A stretch of DNA of 64,000 bases, taken from the NCBI GenBank assembly GCA_964430075.1, contig CAYSFP010000008.1:145-64144 (forward strand). The letters run 5' to 3'. How positions within the stretch are numbered: position 1 is the stretch's first letter; every line of letters starts with the position of its first letter. The notes under the pieces were generated by a model, which saw nothing but the letters and a program-made list of their open reading frames with translations, was not told where the DNA came from and searched no databases. Shown piece after piece: positions 30,629-39,763 of this stretch. Made by a program: the position numbers and the translations under genes. This DNA comes from an uncultured Planctomycetaceae bacterium. Its GTDB lineage: Bacteria; Planctomycetota; Planctomycetia; Pirellulales; Lacipirellulaceae.

Positions 30629-31771
30629 ATGAAAATCGTACTGCTTTCGCATGATTTCCCCGAGTACTGCATCCAGCAGGCCAATGGCCTCGTGCGCCAC
30701 GCCGACGTGATGCTGATGCTGCCGAAAGTCGAAGCCGAAGAGTATGGGCCGGCGCTCGATCCGGCCGTGCGCTGGCAACCGTTTATCAAGCGGCGCCTGC
30801 GTCAACCCGGGCGGCAGTTCGTCGAAGTTTGTCGGGTGCTGAAACGCATTCGTTCGTTTCGCCCGGACGTCGTCCACTTCCAACACGGGCACTTGTGGTT
30901 CAATCTCGCGCTGCCCGCGCTGCGCGCCTACGCGCTCGTGGCGACTGTGCATGATCCCCGTCCGCATCTGGGCGACCGTTCTTCCCAGAAAACGCCGCCG
31001 TGGATGATGAACTTCGGCTATCGCCGTGCAGACCGGATCATCGTGCATGGCGAGGAAATCAAGCGCCAGGTGGTGAAGGCGCTCGGAACCCAGGGCGCGA
31101 GAATCCACTCCATTCCGCATATCGCCATCGGCCGACGATCGGAATCGGAAGGATCTATCGACCAGGAAGGAAACGTTGTGCTCTTTTTCGGCCGGATCTG
31201 GGAATACAAAGGGCTAGAGTACTTGATACGTGCGGCGCCGGCCGTCAGCCTCGCGATCCCCGATGCCCAGTTCGTCATTGCGGGAGAGGGCGAGGATTTC
31301 GCTCGCTATCGCCGCCTGATGGTCGATCCGGGGCGTTTCACGGTTCACAACCGCTACATCTCGGCCGCCGAGCGGGATGAGCTCTTCGAGCGTGCGGCCG
31401 TCGTTGTCTTGCCGTACATCGATGCGACGCAAAGCGGCGTGATTCCCGTCGCGTACTCGTTCGGCAAACCGGTCGTGGCGACCCGCGTCGGCGCGCTGGA
31501 GGAAGCGGTCGACCACGGCGTCACGGGCCTGCTCGTGCCGCCGCGAGACGAATCGGCATTAGCACTCGCCATAGTCGACCTGCTGCAGAATCCCGAGCAG
31601 CGCCGGGATATGGGTCTTGCCGGGCGGCGAAAGCTCGACGCGGAGGGCGCCCCCGATGTCGTTGCCCGCCAGACGATGGAGGTCTATCGGCGCGCGATCG
31701 ACGATCGGCTGGCCCGCGGTCCCGTGTGGTCCTCGAACAAGTGCGCTGCTCCCACGAGTGCGAGAAATTGA
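30629..31771 (+). CDS. Glycosyltransferase family 4
   Basis: FFGRIWEYKG, PYIDATQSG and GKPVVATRVG motifs. Confidence 0.9.
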   Translation: MKIVLLSHDFPEYCIQQANGLVRHADVMLMLPKVEAEEYGPALDPAVRWQPFIKRRLRQPGRQFVEVCRVLKRIRSFRPDVVHFQHGHLWFNLALPALRAYALVATVHDPRPHLGDRSSQKTPPWMMNFGYRRADRIIVHGEEIKRQVVKALGTQGARIHSIPHIAIGRRSESEGSIDQEGNVVLFFGRIWEYKGLEYLIRAAPAVSLAIPDAQFVIAGEGEDFARYRRLMVDPGRFTVHNRYISAAERDELFERAAVVVLPYIDATQSGVIPVAYSFGKPVVATRVGALEEAVDHGVTGLLVPPRDESALALAIVDLLQNPEQRRDMGLAGRRKLDAEGAPDVVARQTMEVYRRAIDDRLARGPVWSSNKCAAPTSARN

Positions 31772-31772
31772 C

Positions 31773-33008
31773 ATGCATTTGGCAGTCATCGCATCGATGA
31801 AGAAGGGCCTCGAGCAGTTCATCTACCGGGAGATCCGCGCGCTGGCCGCCAACGGGGCGACGATCAGCCTGTTTCCCACCAAGCATGGTCCGGGCCTCTA
31901 CAATCCTCCGCCCGAGTGGCGCGTCCACCGTTGGCACATCGCGGCGGTTCTGTTGTGCCAGCCGTGGCGCTTTGTGCGAACTCCGGTTCGATACGCCGCC
32001 GTATTGATTCAGGCCCTCTACGACCGAGCGACCGTCGATTTTCTCATGGCCGCCTACTTTGCGCCGCACATCAAGTCGGCAGACGTCATCTACGCGACCT
32101 TCGGCGATCGTAAGCTGTTCGTCGGCTACTATTGCAAGTTGCTGTTGAACAAGCCGCTAGCCGTCGAGATCCACGCCTACGAGTTGTATCAGAACCCCAA
32201 CCCCAAGTTGTTCCCCAAGGCGCTCGCTGCCTGCGACCGCATCATCGCCGCCACGGACTACAACCGCGAATTGCTCTGCAATCGTTACGGCGTTGAACCC
32301 CGCCGCGTGGAAGTCGTTCGTTACGTGCTCGACCTGGACGATTTTCGTCCCACGAACAAGTTCGTCGTCCTCATCGTCGCCTTTTTCGTGGAAAAGAAGG
32401 GCCACGATACGCTCCTCAAAGCGGTCAAGAAGATGAATCGCGACGACGTCGAGGTGTGGATTGTCGGCGGCTCGGGCGGCTCGTCCTCCGAAGTCGACGT
32501 CCAGGCCATGGTCAACGACCTCACAATGGAAGCGCAAGTCGCGTTCTTCGGCAAGCTTTCCGGCACGGCCCTCAAGGCGGCGTATCGGGCTTGCGACGTC
32601 TTCTGCCATCCCAGTCGCTTCGACAGCCAGGGCGAGGCCGAAGGATTTCCTAATACGATCGTCGAGGCGATGGCTTGCGGCAAGCCCGTGATCACGACGC
32701 GGCACGTCGAAATTCCGCGCATCGTCGAACAAATCCTGGTGGGTGAGAACGACGTCGATGCACTGGCCGAAGCCTTGGAGCGAGTCTACCAGTCCACGGA
32801 GTTGCGAAAGGAACTCGGACGGCGGAATCGCGAATTGGCCGAAGCGCATTTCTCGACGAGCAACGCGAGCCGGACGTTCGAGTTGCTGAGGCAGATCGGC
32901 GATCGCGATCGTCCCGCCAATGCAGGCCGCGAGAATGATTCTGCGACGCCGCTGACGGCGCTGTCGCACGGCGTTCTCCCGCCGGGGTCGCCCGCCCCAG
33001 CATCGTGA
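31773..33008 (+). CDS. Glycosyltransferase family 4 (WcaL-like)
   Basis: FVEKKGH and EGFPNTIVEAMACGKPVITT motifs. Confidence 0.88.
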   Translation: MHLAVIASMKKGLEQFIYREIRALAANGATISLFPTKHGPGLYNPPPEWRVHRWHIAAVLLCQPWRFVRTPVRYAAVLIQALYDRATVDFLMAAYFAPHIKSADVIYATFGDRKLFVGYYCKLLLNKPLAVEIHAYELYQNPNPKLFPKALAACDRIIAATDYNRELLCNRYGVEPRRVEVVRYVLDLDDFRPTNKFVVLIVAFFVEKKGHDTLLKAVKKMNRDDVEVWIVGGSGGSSSEVDVQAMVNDLTMEAQVAFFGKLSGTALKAAYRACDVFCHPSRFDSQGEAEGFPNTIVEAMACGKPVITTRHVEIPRIVEQILVGENDVDALAEALERVYQSTELRKELGRRNRELAEAHFSTSNASRTFELLRQIGDRDRPANAGRENDSATPLTALSHGVLPPGSPAPAS

Positions 33009-33038
33009 ATCGCCGGCCCCTGCAACAAGCAAAGCGCC

Positions 33039-34280
33039 ATGTACGATCTCACCGGTCAACGCGTGCTCATGCTGCTGGAGAACAGTTGTTACTCCAGCGA
33101 CGGCCGCGTGCGCCGCGAGGCGAACACGTTGGCGGCCGCCGGTTGTCGCGTCACGGTCATTTGCCCTCGCGGCGCCGGCGAGCGCTGGCGCGAGCAGTTC
33201 GGGCCCGTCGTCGCGTACCAGTACCCTGCTGCGTTGAACGCCGCCGGGTTCCTTGGATATATCGTGGAGTACGCCTACGCGCTCGCGGCGACGGCGATCT
33301 TGTCCGCGTGGGTCGCCGTCCGGCACGGATTCGACGTGATCCATGCCCATAACCCGCCGGACCTGTTCGTGCTGATTGCCGCCTTCTACAAGCTTCTTGG
33401 CAAACGATTCGTGTTCGACCAACACGACCTGGCGCCCGAGATGTATTGGGCGCGCGGCGGGGGCCGTGCCAACCGCCTGGTCTACCGAGCGCTGGTCTTC
33501 TTTGAACGCCTGTCGTGCCGTTGGGCCGACCATGTTCTCGCGGCCAATGACTCTTACAAGAAGTCGGAAGTCGAACGGTCGGGAATCCCAGCGAGCCGGG
33601 TTACGGTCGTCCGCAACGGTCCAGAGCCTTGCCACTTGCAGATCACTCCGGCCGACGCAACCCTGCGGCGCGAGGGCGAAGTCCTGATCGTCTTCGTCGG
33701 CGAAATGGGCGAGCAAGACGGCATCGACTACCTGCTGAGGGCGTTGGCCCATCTGTCCAAGGTCCTGGGGCAGCGCGCGTGGCGCTGCGTACTGGTCGGC
33801 GACGGCGCCGCGGTGAAGTCGCTCAGTCAACTCGCCGGCGCCCTTGAGATCGACGACCGGGTGGAGATCACCGGTTGGCTCGAATACCGCGCCGTCCCGC
33901 GCTACATCGGCGCCGCCGACATCTGCGTGGCGCCCGACCCGTCCAACGGCTACACCGACCGCTCGACCATCATCAAGCTCATGGAGTATATGGCTCAGTC
34001 CAAGCCGATCGTCGCTTTCGATTTGCCTGAGCATCGCGTGACTGCGGCCGACGCCGCGTTGTATGCCGCCGCGAACGACGAAGCGGACTTTGCCCGTCAG
34101 CTTGCTCGCCTGATCGACGACCCGCTGCTACGACGACAACTTGGCGAGTCGGGTCGGGCACGGGTCCTCGGGCGGCTGGCCTGGAGCCACCAGGAAGGCC
34201 CGCTCTTGGCGGCCTATCGACAAGTCCTTTGCCCGCGGACTGTGCCGCAGGACCTGGTCGGACCGGAGCGCAGCGCATGA
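33039..34280 (+). CDS. Glycosyltransferase family 4
   Basis: DGRVRREA, HAHNPPD, FDQHDLAPE and KLMEYMAQSKPIV motifs. Confidence 0.9.
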   Translation: MYDLTGQRVLMLLENSCYSSDGRVRREANTLAAAGCRVTVICPRGAGERWREQFGPVVAYQYPAALNAAGFLGYIVEYAYALAATAILSAWVAVRHGFDVIHAHNPPDLFVLIAAFYKLLGKRFVFDQHDLAPEMYWARGGGRANRLVYRALVFFERLSCRWADHVLAANDSYKKSEVERSGIPASRVTVVRNGPEPCHLQITPADATLRREGEVLIVFVGEMGEQDGIDYLLRALAHLSKVLGQRAWRCVLVGDGAAVKSLSQLAGALEIDDRVEITGWLEYRAVPRYIGAADICVAPDPSNGYTDRSTIIKLMEYMAQSKPIVAFDLPEHRVTAADAALYAAANDEADFARQLARLIDDPLLRRQLGESGRARVLGRLAWSHQEGPLLAAYRQVLCPRTVPQDLVGPERSA

Positions 34281-35335
34281 CATCAGTATTGGCTCCAGCG
34301 GCGTCTCGCATGACCGTCGTCAACTTGCTCGACGATTGGAGTGCCGTACAACCGGCGTGGGACGAGTTTGTCAACAATCATTCTCAAGGCAGCATCTTCC
34401 ACTCATCGCAGATGGTTCGGGTCTTCGCGGCTGCCAAGCGGCATGCTCCCTTGCCCTTGGCCGCTCTGGATCGCGACGGATGCGTGGTGGCCTTGCTCTC
34501 GGCAGTGCGCGTGCAGACGTTGCCACACCCGTTGGGCCGCCTGTCATCGCGCTCCCTCTGGTACGCTGAACCGTTGTGCCGGGACGATCCGGCGAGCATC
34601 GATGCGCTCGTGGAGTTGATTAAAACGCACGATCGCGCGATGCGACGCCCTACGTTGTTCACCGAAGTGCGCCCGTTGTTCGCACCCGGCCCCGAACGTG
34701 CCGCGCTGGAGCGCTGTGGCTACGAATTTTATGACTATTTGAACTACATCGTCGATCTCACCCCAGGCGAAGAACGGTTGTGGGCGAACCTGCGCAAGTC
34801 TTGCCGACGCAGCGTCCAAAGCGCACGAAAGCGCGGTTTTGTGATTCGTGAGCTCACGGCTGCGGAGGGAGTGGATGCGCTCTACTCGATTCTTCAACAA
34901 ACTTATGGCCGCGCTCGCGTGCCGCTGGCCGATCGCAGTTTGTTCGAGGCGGCGTTTCGCGAGCTGGCGCCCGCGGGCGTATTGCGGTGCATGGCCGTCG
35001 CGGACGGCGAGCGAATCGTCGCGATCGACGTGCTCCTGGCATTCAAGGACAGGCTCTACGCTTGGTACGGCGGCGTCGAGCGAATGACCGGCATCTCGCC
35101 GTGCGAAATCCTCCAATGGCACGAGTTCACGTGGGGCGCCGACCAGGGATTGACGGACTTCGACTTCGGCGGCGCGGGCCGGCCGGACGAGCCCTATGGC
35201 GTGCGGGACTTCAAAGCCAAGTTCGGCGGCGAGCTCGTTTGCTTCGGTCGCTATCGGAAGATTCACGGGCCGTGGCGCATGGCTCTCGCCGAACGCGCCT
35301 ACCAGTTGGGACGAACCCTCATCGCGTCAAAGTAG
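34277..35335 (+). CDS. FemAB/FemX-like GNAT protein
   Basis: LRKSCRRSVQSARKRG, LYAWYGG and FDFGGAG..YGVRDFKAKFGG motifs. Confidence 0.8.
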   Translation: MTSVLAPAASRMTVVNLLDDWSAVQPAWDEFVNNHSQGSIFHSSQMVRVFAAAKRHAPLPLAALDRDGCVVALLSAVRVQTLPHPLGRLSSRSLWYAEPLCRDDPASIDALVELIKTHDRAMRRPTLFTEVRPLFAPGPERAALERCGYEFYDYLNYIVDLTPGEERLWANLRKSCRRSVQSARKRGFVIRELTAAEGVDALYSILQQTYGRARVPLADRSLFEAAFRELAPAGVLRCMAVADGERIVAIDVLLAFKDRLYAWYGGVERMTGISPCEILQWHEFTWGADQGLTDFDFGGAGRPDEPYGVRDFKAKFGGELVCFGRYRKIHGPWRMALAERAYQLGRTLIASK

Positions 35336-35344
35336 CTGCCAACA

Positions 35345-36493
35345 GTGAGCTTAGAGATCACGCCGCATTGCCGATTCCTGCTCGCCGAGGAGCGCGCCGA
35401 CGACGTCTTTCGGCAGTGGCTCGCCGCGGACGCGCGGGCGTGCCGTCTCTCGCCGAGCTTCCGCGCTTACTATCAGATTCGTTCGCTGATTCCTTTGCGC
35501 CTGCGGCAACTGCTGCAGCGACTTCGGCCGGTGAAGGTTTCCGACCGCTGGTGCTATCCTGACGCATTCTTCGACGCGCTCGGCGGAGCGTGTCCTCAAG
35601 CTGACCAGTGCTACGCGCTTGTCCATCCCTGGCCCGATGCCGCGGAGTTTGCCTTCGTCTTGACCCACGACGTCGAGACCGCCGAGGGCATGCGCCGCGT
35701 GCTTCAAATTGCCGATCTCGAGCAGGAACTCGGCTTCCGCTCTTCCTGGAACATCGTCCCGTACAAATACTCCGTCGATCGAGGCGTCATTCGCGACCTG
35801 CAAGAGCGCGGCTTTGAGATCGGCGTGCACGGCTACAATCACGACGGCAAATTGTTTACGAGCCGAGGGGCGTTCCATCGCCGCCTCCCTCATATCAACG
35901 AGGCCCTGAAGTCGTTCGGATCCGTCGGGTTTCGCGCCCCGATGGTCCATCACAATCTCGACTGGATGCAGACACTCGATGTCCAGTACGACGCATCCTG
36001 TTTCGACGCCGACCCGTTTCAAGCGATGCCGGGCGGCATCGGCGGCGTGTGGCCGTTTGTCGCCGGCAAATTTGTCGAACTGCCGTACACGTTGCCGCAG
36101 GATCACACGTTGTTTGTCGTACTTGGCGAGCAGACGGGAACAATCTGGGAGCAAAAGCTGGATTATCTCGTCAAAAGGTGCGGAATGGCGTTGCTCATTA
36201 CGCATCCCGATTACTTGGATTCGCCGCGCCGGCTCGATGCGTATCGCCAGTTCCTGCAGCACGCCAGAGAATTGTCCGGCATGTGGCACGCGTTGCCGAA
36301 GGACGTGGCGTCGTGGTGGCGGCAGCGCGATCGGTCGACCGTTCGCGACGAAGGCGGCCCAGGTCGGCGCATTGACGGGCCGGCCTCCGACCGCGCATCG
36401 GCGGCGACGCTGCACTTCGACATTGCCGACGGTCTTGTGCCGCGCCTCCGTCGCACGGGCGTGCCCGAAGCGGCCATCGGCATCGCACGCTGA
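35345..36493 (+). CDS. Polysaccharide deacetylase-like protein (NodB fold)
   Basis: LTHDVE, EIGVHGYNH, GFRAP, YDASC, ELPYTLPQD and THPDY motifs. Confidence 0.8.
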   Translation: MSLEITPHCRFLLAEERADDVFRQWLAADARACRLSPSFRAYYQIRSLIPLRLRQLLQRLRPVKVSDRWCYPDAFFDALGGACPQADQCYALVHPWPDAAEFAFVLTHDVETAEGMRRVLQIADLEQELGFRSSWNIVPYKYSVDRGVIRDLQERGFEIGVHGYNHDGKLFTSRGAFHRRLPHINEALKSFGSVGFRAPMVHHNLDWMQTLDVQYDASCFDADPFQAMPGGIGGVWPFVAGKFVELPYTLPQDHTLFVVLGEQTGTIWEQKLDYLVKRCGMALLITHPDYLDSPRRLDAYRQFLQHARELSGMWHALPKDVASWWRQRDRSTVRDEGGPGRRIDGPASDRASAATLHFDIADGLVPRLRRTGVPEAAIGIAR

Positions 36494-36543
36494 TTCTCTT
36501 ACGGGGATCTGTCGTCGCAGGGGCTTGGGGGGAACACGGTGAG

Positions 36544-36816
36544 CTGGACACTTCGGACCGCTGCAACATCATGCGTGGGACAGGACAGCGGACAGGCGAT
36601 CGCGGAAAGGACGACGCGGCAACGGGTTGCGGCTCCTTGATCCCTCTGGAGGGTGGCCACTTTGTCCACTTTTGGCGGATTTGGTTGCGCATGGCGGTCA
36701 AGGGGGTGGGGAGTCGGGGGGGGGCAGGAGTCAGGGTTCAGGAGGCAGACCATTGCTTATTGGCCACGGACTACTGTCCTTTAGTACACTACACCACTGC
36801 GCGGCCTGATTTCAAG
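36544..36816 (-). repeat. TGTCC/GGACA-box dispersed element, copy 2 (with promoter-like block)
   Basis: Four blocks match copy 1 in exact register (paired coordinates sum to 36685). 36596-36745 and 36775-36816 also match copy 3. Confidence 0.85.
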
Positions 36817-36913
36817 CTGTTTTTCGCCAAAATCGGGATCCGGTCGCGTCGGCTGCGGCCGACGGGCGGCAGCTCACGAGGCCGAGGGCGAAGCCGTCGA
36901 ACGGCAGACGCCC

Positions 36914-36974
36914 GTAGCCGAAGCGGCTCGCTTCGTTCCGGCAGATCCCGGTCGAAGCGAGCCGCTTCGACCAC
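36914..36974. repeat. REP doublet (GTAG/GTGG-headed palindromes)
   Basis: gtagccgaagcggctcgcttcg and, inverted, gtggtcgaagcggctcgcttcg. Confidence 0.7.
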
Positions 36975-37091
36975 GGCGCCGGCCCCCGTCGCGGCGGAGC
37001 GGTTCGTCGGGCCGATGTTGCGTGGCGGCGGCCGGGCCGGGGGCGAGGACGCCCCGGCTCGCTGGGCTCGCGGGAGCGCTTCGCGGTCAGC

Positions 37092-37260
37092 TCACGACGT
37101 TGAAGGCGAGGCCGTCGCGGGATCGCCGGCGAGGACCTGCGCGATGTTCTCGCGTTGCATGACGACCAGTGATAGGCAGTCGGTGAGCGACCATTGCTGC
37201 TTGTCCACTCGCCGCGAATACACCTCAACCCCTTCTCTCGTAGAGTTCGGCGGAGTGGCC
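37092..37260 (-). pseudogene. vapC: 5'-truncated VapC/PIN toxin remnant
   Basis: EGVEVYSRRVDKQQWSLTDCLSLVVMQRENIAQVLAGD matches the PIN C-terminal motif (SLTDC.S..VM...G..E.L..D). The N-terminus is absent. Confidence 0.7.
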
Positions 37261-37287
37261 GACGACCTTGACGCGGCTGCCGTCGTT

Positions 37288-37677
37288 ACCGCAACGCGGT
37301 TCGATACCGTAGCCCCGGGTTGGCCGGGCAGCGGCCTACCCTGGGTGATTGAATCCGCGAATGACCTTACGCTGAAAGCGTGACACAACCGCCTCGCCAT
37401 CGATTGGGGAACGCCTTCAGCGTAACCAATCACCATAGCGCCATGCCCCAGGGTGATTCGCCAAGGCGAACAACCCTGGGCTACGATGTGCAACGCCTTC
37501 GGCGTAAGGATCCCTCCGCCGTCCAGCAAAAAAGCTCCGCTGCGCGCCAAGCCGCATTTCAAGCGCCGATGGCGACGTGGCGACAAAGAGAAAACCCCGC
37601 GGCCCCGACCATCAGCAGCGCCGCGGCCGAAGGCTCCGGCACGAGATAGGAGACCTGCAAGTGGTCGATCTCAAAGG
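37288..37677. repeat. ~390-bp direct repeat copy A (REPIN-like foldback + PEP-CTERM 3' end)
   Basis: High similarity to 38604-38992, with nested inverted repeats (gtagccc.gggt...accctgggctac; ttacgctgaaagcg...cgccttcagcgtaa). Confidence 0.9.
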
Positions 37678-38404
37678 AATTCCTACCTCCTGGTCCTAAT
37701 AAGTCGTCGTAGTGACTTATGATGAGGATGTCGACGATCCCCGCGTCGCTCGCAATGCCGAAGAACCGGTCTTCCACCGTTCCGCCATCGAAGGTTTGGT
37801 CGCCAACCAGCATATGGAACGAAACCCTCTCTTTGAGGAACACGCCCACTTCATTGACAGCTAATCTGAGATAGGAGCCAGGTTCGCCGTCGGTCCACAC
37901 GAACCCGAACGCCCGTGGATATTGCCCCGACGCAGAGGGCTCAAAGCGGAAACGGAGAAATGAGGGAACCGTACCGCTAAGCAGCGACGAATATCGCACC
38001 GATTCCAGCGACCGACCGCCGCTGCCGTCGCCATCGATCACCCCATCGTCGCCGTCGACCGAATCGGTGTTCGGCCCCGGCGGCAAAATGATGCCGGGAA
38101 TGGGGTCGACGCCTCCCGGCGGCGGGTCCGGCACGCCGACGCCGGGAGGGAGCGGGACCTCGACAACCCCTGGGATATTGAGCACGCCGTCCTCGAAGTC
38201 CTCGATGTACGTCACATACCGCGGGTCGGACGCGAACGGGCTGTCCGCCGCGCTGAGATACGGCAACGGGCCAACGGCCGTTAGCTCCGCACGTGCGGAG
38301 CCTGAGAGGACGGCAAAGAACACTGCCGCGACGGGGACAACTCCGGTTAGCGACAAAGCGAGGCATGAGGGCCGCCGCAGCGGCGATTGTTGAAACACGA
38401 GCAA
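37559..38404 (-). CDS. PEP-CTERM sorting-domain surface protein
   Basis: Signal peptide, Pro/Gly-rich insert and C-terminal VPEPSAAALLMVGAAG. Confidence 0.85.
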   Translation of the reverse strand: MLVFQQSPLRRPSCLALSLTGVVPVAAVFFAVLSGSARAELTAVGPLPYLSAADSPFASDPRYVTYIEDFEDGVLNIPGVVEVPLPPGVGVPDPPPGGVDPIPGIILPPGPNTDSVDGDDGVIDGDGSGGRSLESVRYSSLLSGTVPSFLRFRFEPSASGQYPRAFGFVWTDGEPGSYLRLAVNEVGVFLKERVSFHMLVGDQTFDGGTVEDRFFGIASDAGIVDILIISHYDDLLGPGGRNSFEIDHLQVSYLVPEPSAAALLMVGAAGFSLCRHVAIGA

Positions 38405-38603
38405 GTCCTCGCGGAGGGCACGATTTTCAGCAAGGGGACGGCGTCACGTCGACCGCATGACGGACGACGAAGCGGAAAGCGGCCAACAGGCTCCATTGTA
38501 CTCGAAAGCGCCAGCCCGTCACGCGAACAGGACGCTTCGCTCCTATCGCCGGCGCCCAGAAACGCCCCGCGGCCTCGCCAACAGCGAAAAGGCCGCTGCT
38601 ATA

Positions 38604-38992
38604 ACCGCAACGCGGTTCGATACCGTAGCCCAGGGTTGGCCGGGCAGCGGCCTACCCTGGGGCATTGAATCCGCGAATGACCTTACGCTGAAAGCGTTAC
38701 ACAACCGTCTCGCCAGCGATTGGGGAACGCCTTCAGCGTAACCAATCATCAATCGCGCCATGCCCCAGGGTGATTCGCCAAGGCGAATCACCCTGGGCTA
38801 CGATGGGCAACGCCTTCGGCGTAAGAACCTCCGCCGTCCAGCAAGAAAGCTCCGCTGCGCGCCAAGCCGCATTTCAAGCGCCGGCGGCGACGTGGCGACA
38901 AAGAGAAAAACCCACTGCCCCGACCATCAGCAGCGCCGCGGCCGAAGGCTCCGCGACGCGACAGGCGACCTGCACGCGGTCGATCTCGAACG
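38604..38992. repeat. ~390-bp direct repeat copy B
   Basis: Offset 1315-1316 bp from copy A. Confidence 0.9.
38874..38992 (-). pseudogene. Orphan PEP-CTERM 3' end
   Basis: Reads SFEIDRVQVACRVAEPSAAALLMVGAVGFSLCRHVAAGA*. An in-frame stop lies ~70 bp upstream and there is no start. Confidence 0.75.
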
Positions 38993-39213
38993 ATGTCCTG
39001 CGCGTTCCTGGTCGCTGCGACGCCGCCTGCCTTCGTACGGCGCCGGGGCAAGTGATTGCACTTCAGGGCGGCATGGCCGGGCCTGACCACGGGGCGTGCG
39101 CGGGGCTCGTCGCCTTGTCAGGCCTGCTCTCGCCGGCGTGATTGCTACATTCCGCACGCCGCGCGCGTCGCCGTTCCGCCTCGCTGCGCACGTGAAAGCA
39201 TGATTTGCGCGAA

Positions 39214-39572
39214 GCGATTGCGGAAAGGACGACGCGATCACGGGTTGCCGCTTCTCGACCGCTCTGAATAGCGTCTATTTTGTCCACTTTTGGCGGATTT
39301 GGTTGCGCAGGGCGGTCAAGGGCGGCGAAGCATAGGTCGGAGGCAGGAATACAAGGTTCAGGAGTTGGGAGTCAGTCGGGGGCGGCGTTCGACTGCCCGC
39401 TGCGGACGGCCGCCCCTGCTCTACGGCCTGCCCAGAAATTCGGCTAAACCGCAAGCGTTGGTCCGTCCCGTTCGACTGGTTTGCTGAGCTGGCGTCTTGA
39501 CTGGCATTTCTGGGCAAAGCCCTGCGATTCTGTCAATTTGTACACTCATCGATGGCGCGGCCTAGTTTCAAC
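39214..39572 (-). repeat. TGTCC/GGACA-box dispersed element, copy 3 (partial)
   Basis: 39214-39365 aligns to 36596-36745 (offset 2618 over the first ~100 bp). 39531-39572 matches 36775-36816 at 30/42 ungapped. Confidence 0.8.
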
Positions 39573-39763
39573 CGAAAACTGCGGAAAACGTGAGCGATGA
39601 GCCGGCCGGGGTTCCGCAGGTTCTGGCCGGAGAATGGCGGCCACGGCTTCCTTTCCGGGCCGGTAGACTGCAGGCATGCTTCGCCGGTGGTCAATCTTCT
39701 TCCCGTCCGGATCAGCTTCCCTGGCGCCTGCCGCCGCGCGTGCGCGCCGGGTGATCGTGCCGC

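Noticed and set aside
36716-36724. G9 tract as a phase-variation switch
   Set aside because: It is not inside a supported CDS or between promoter boxes, and it is not conserved in copy 3.
37200-37208. Additional GGACA-element box (cttgtccac)
   Set aside because: It simply encodes VDK within the vapC remnant, and none of the other blocks are in register.
37559-38992. Diversity-generating retroelement (TR/VR pair) for the PEP-CTERM or GNAT duplicated 3' ends
   Set aside because: Mismatches involve T, G and C as well as A (e.g. ttg/gtg, ccg/gcg, gtg/gtc), so they are not adenine-specific. No reverse transcriptase is in the window.
39429-39516. 11-bp inverted repeat tgcccagaaat/atttctgggca as IS ends
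   Set aside because: Only 66 bp apart, with no target duplication or transposase. At most it is part of the extra sequence in element copy 3.
36500-39600. CRISPR array or true integron
   Set aside because: No regularly spaced 23-47 bp repeats with unique spacers, no cas genes or IntI, and no clear attC GTTRRRY/RYYYAAC core pairs.
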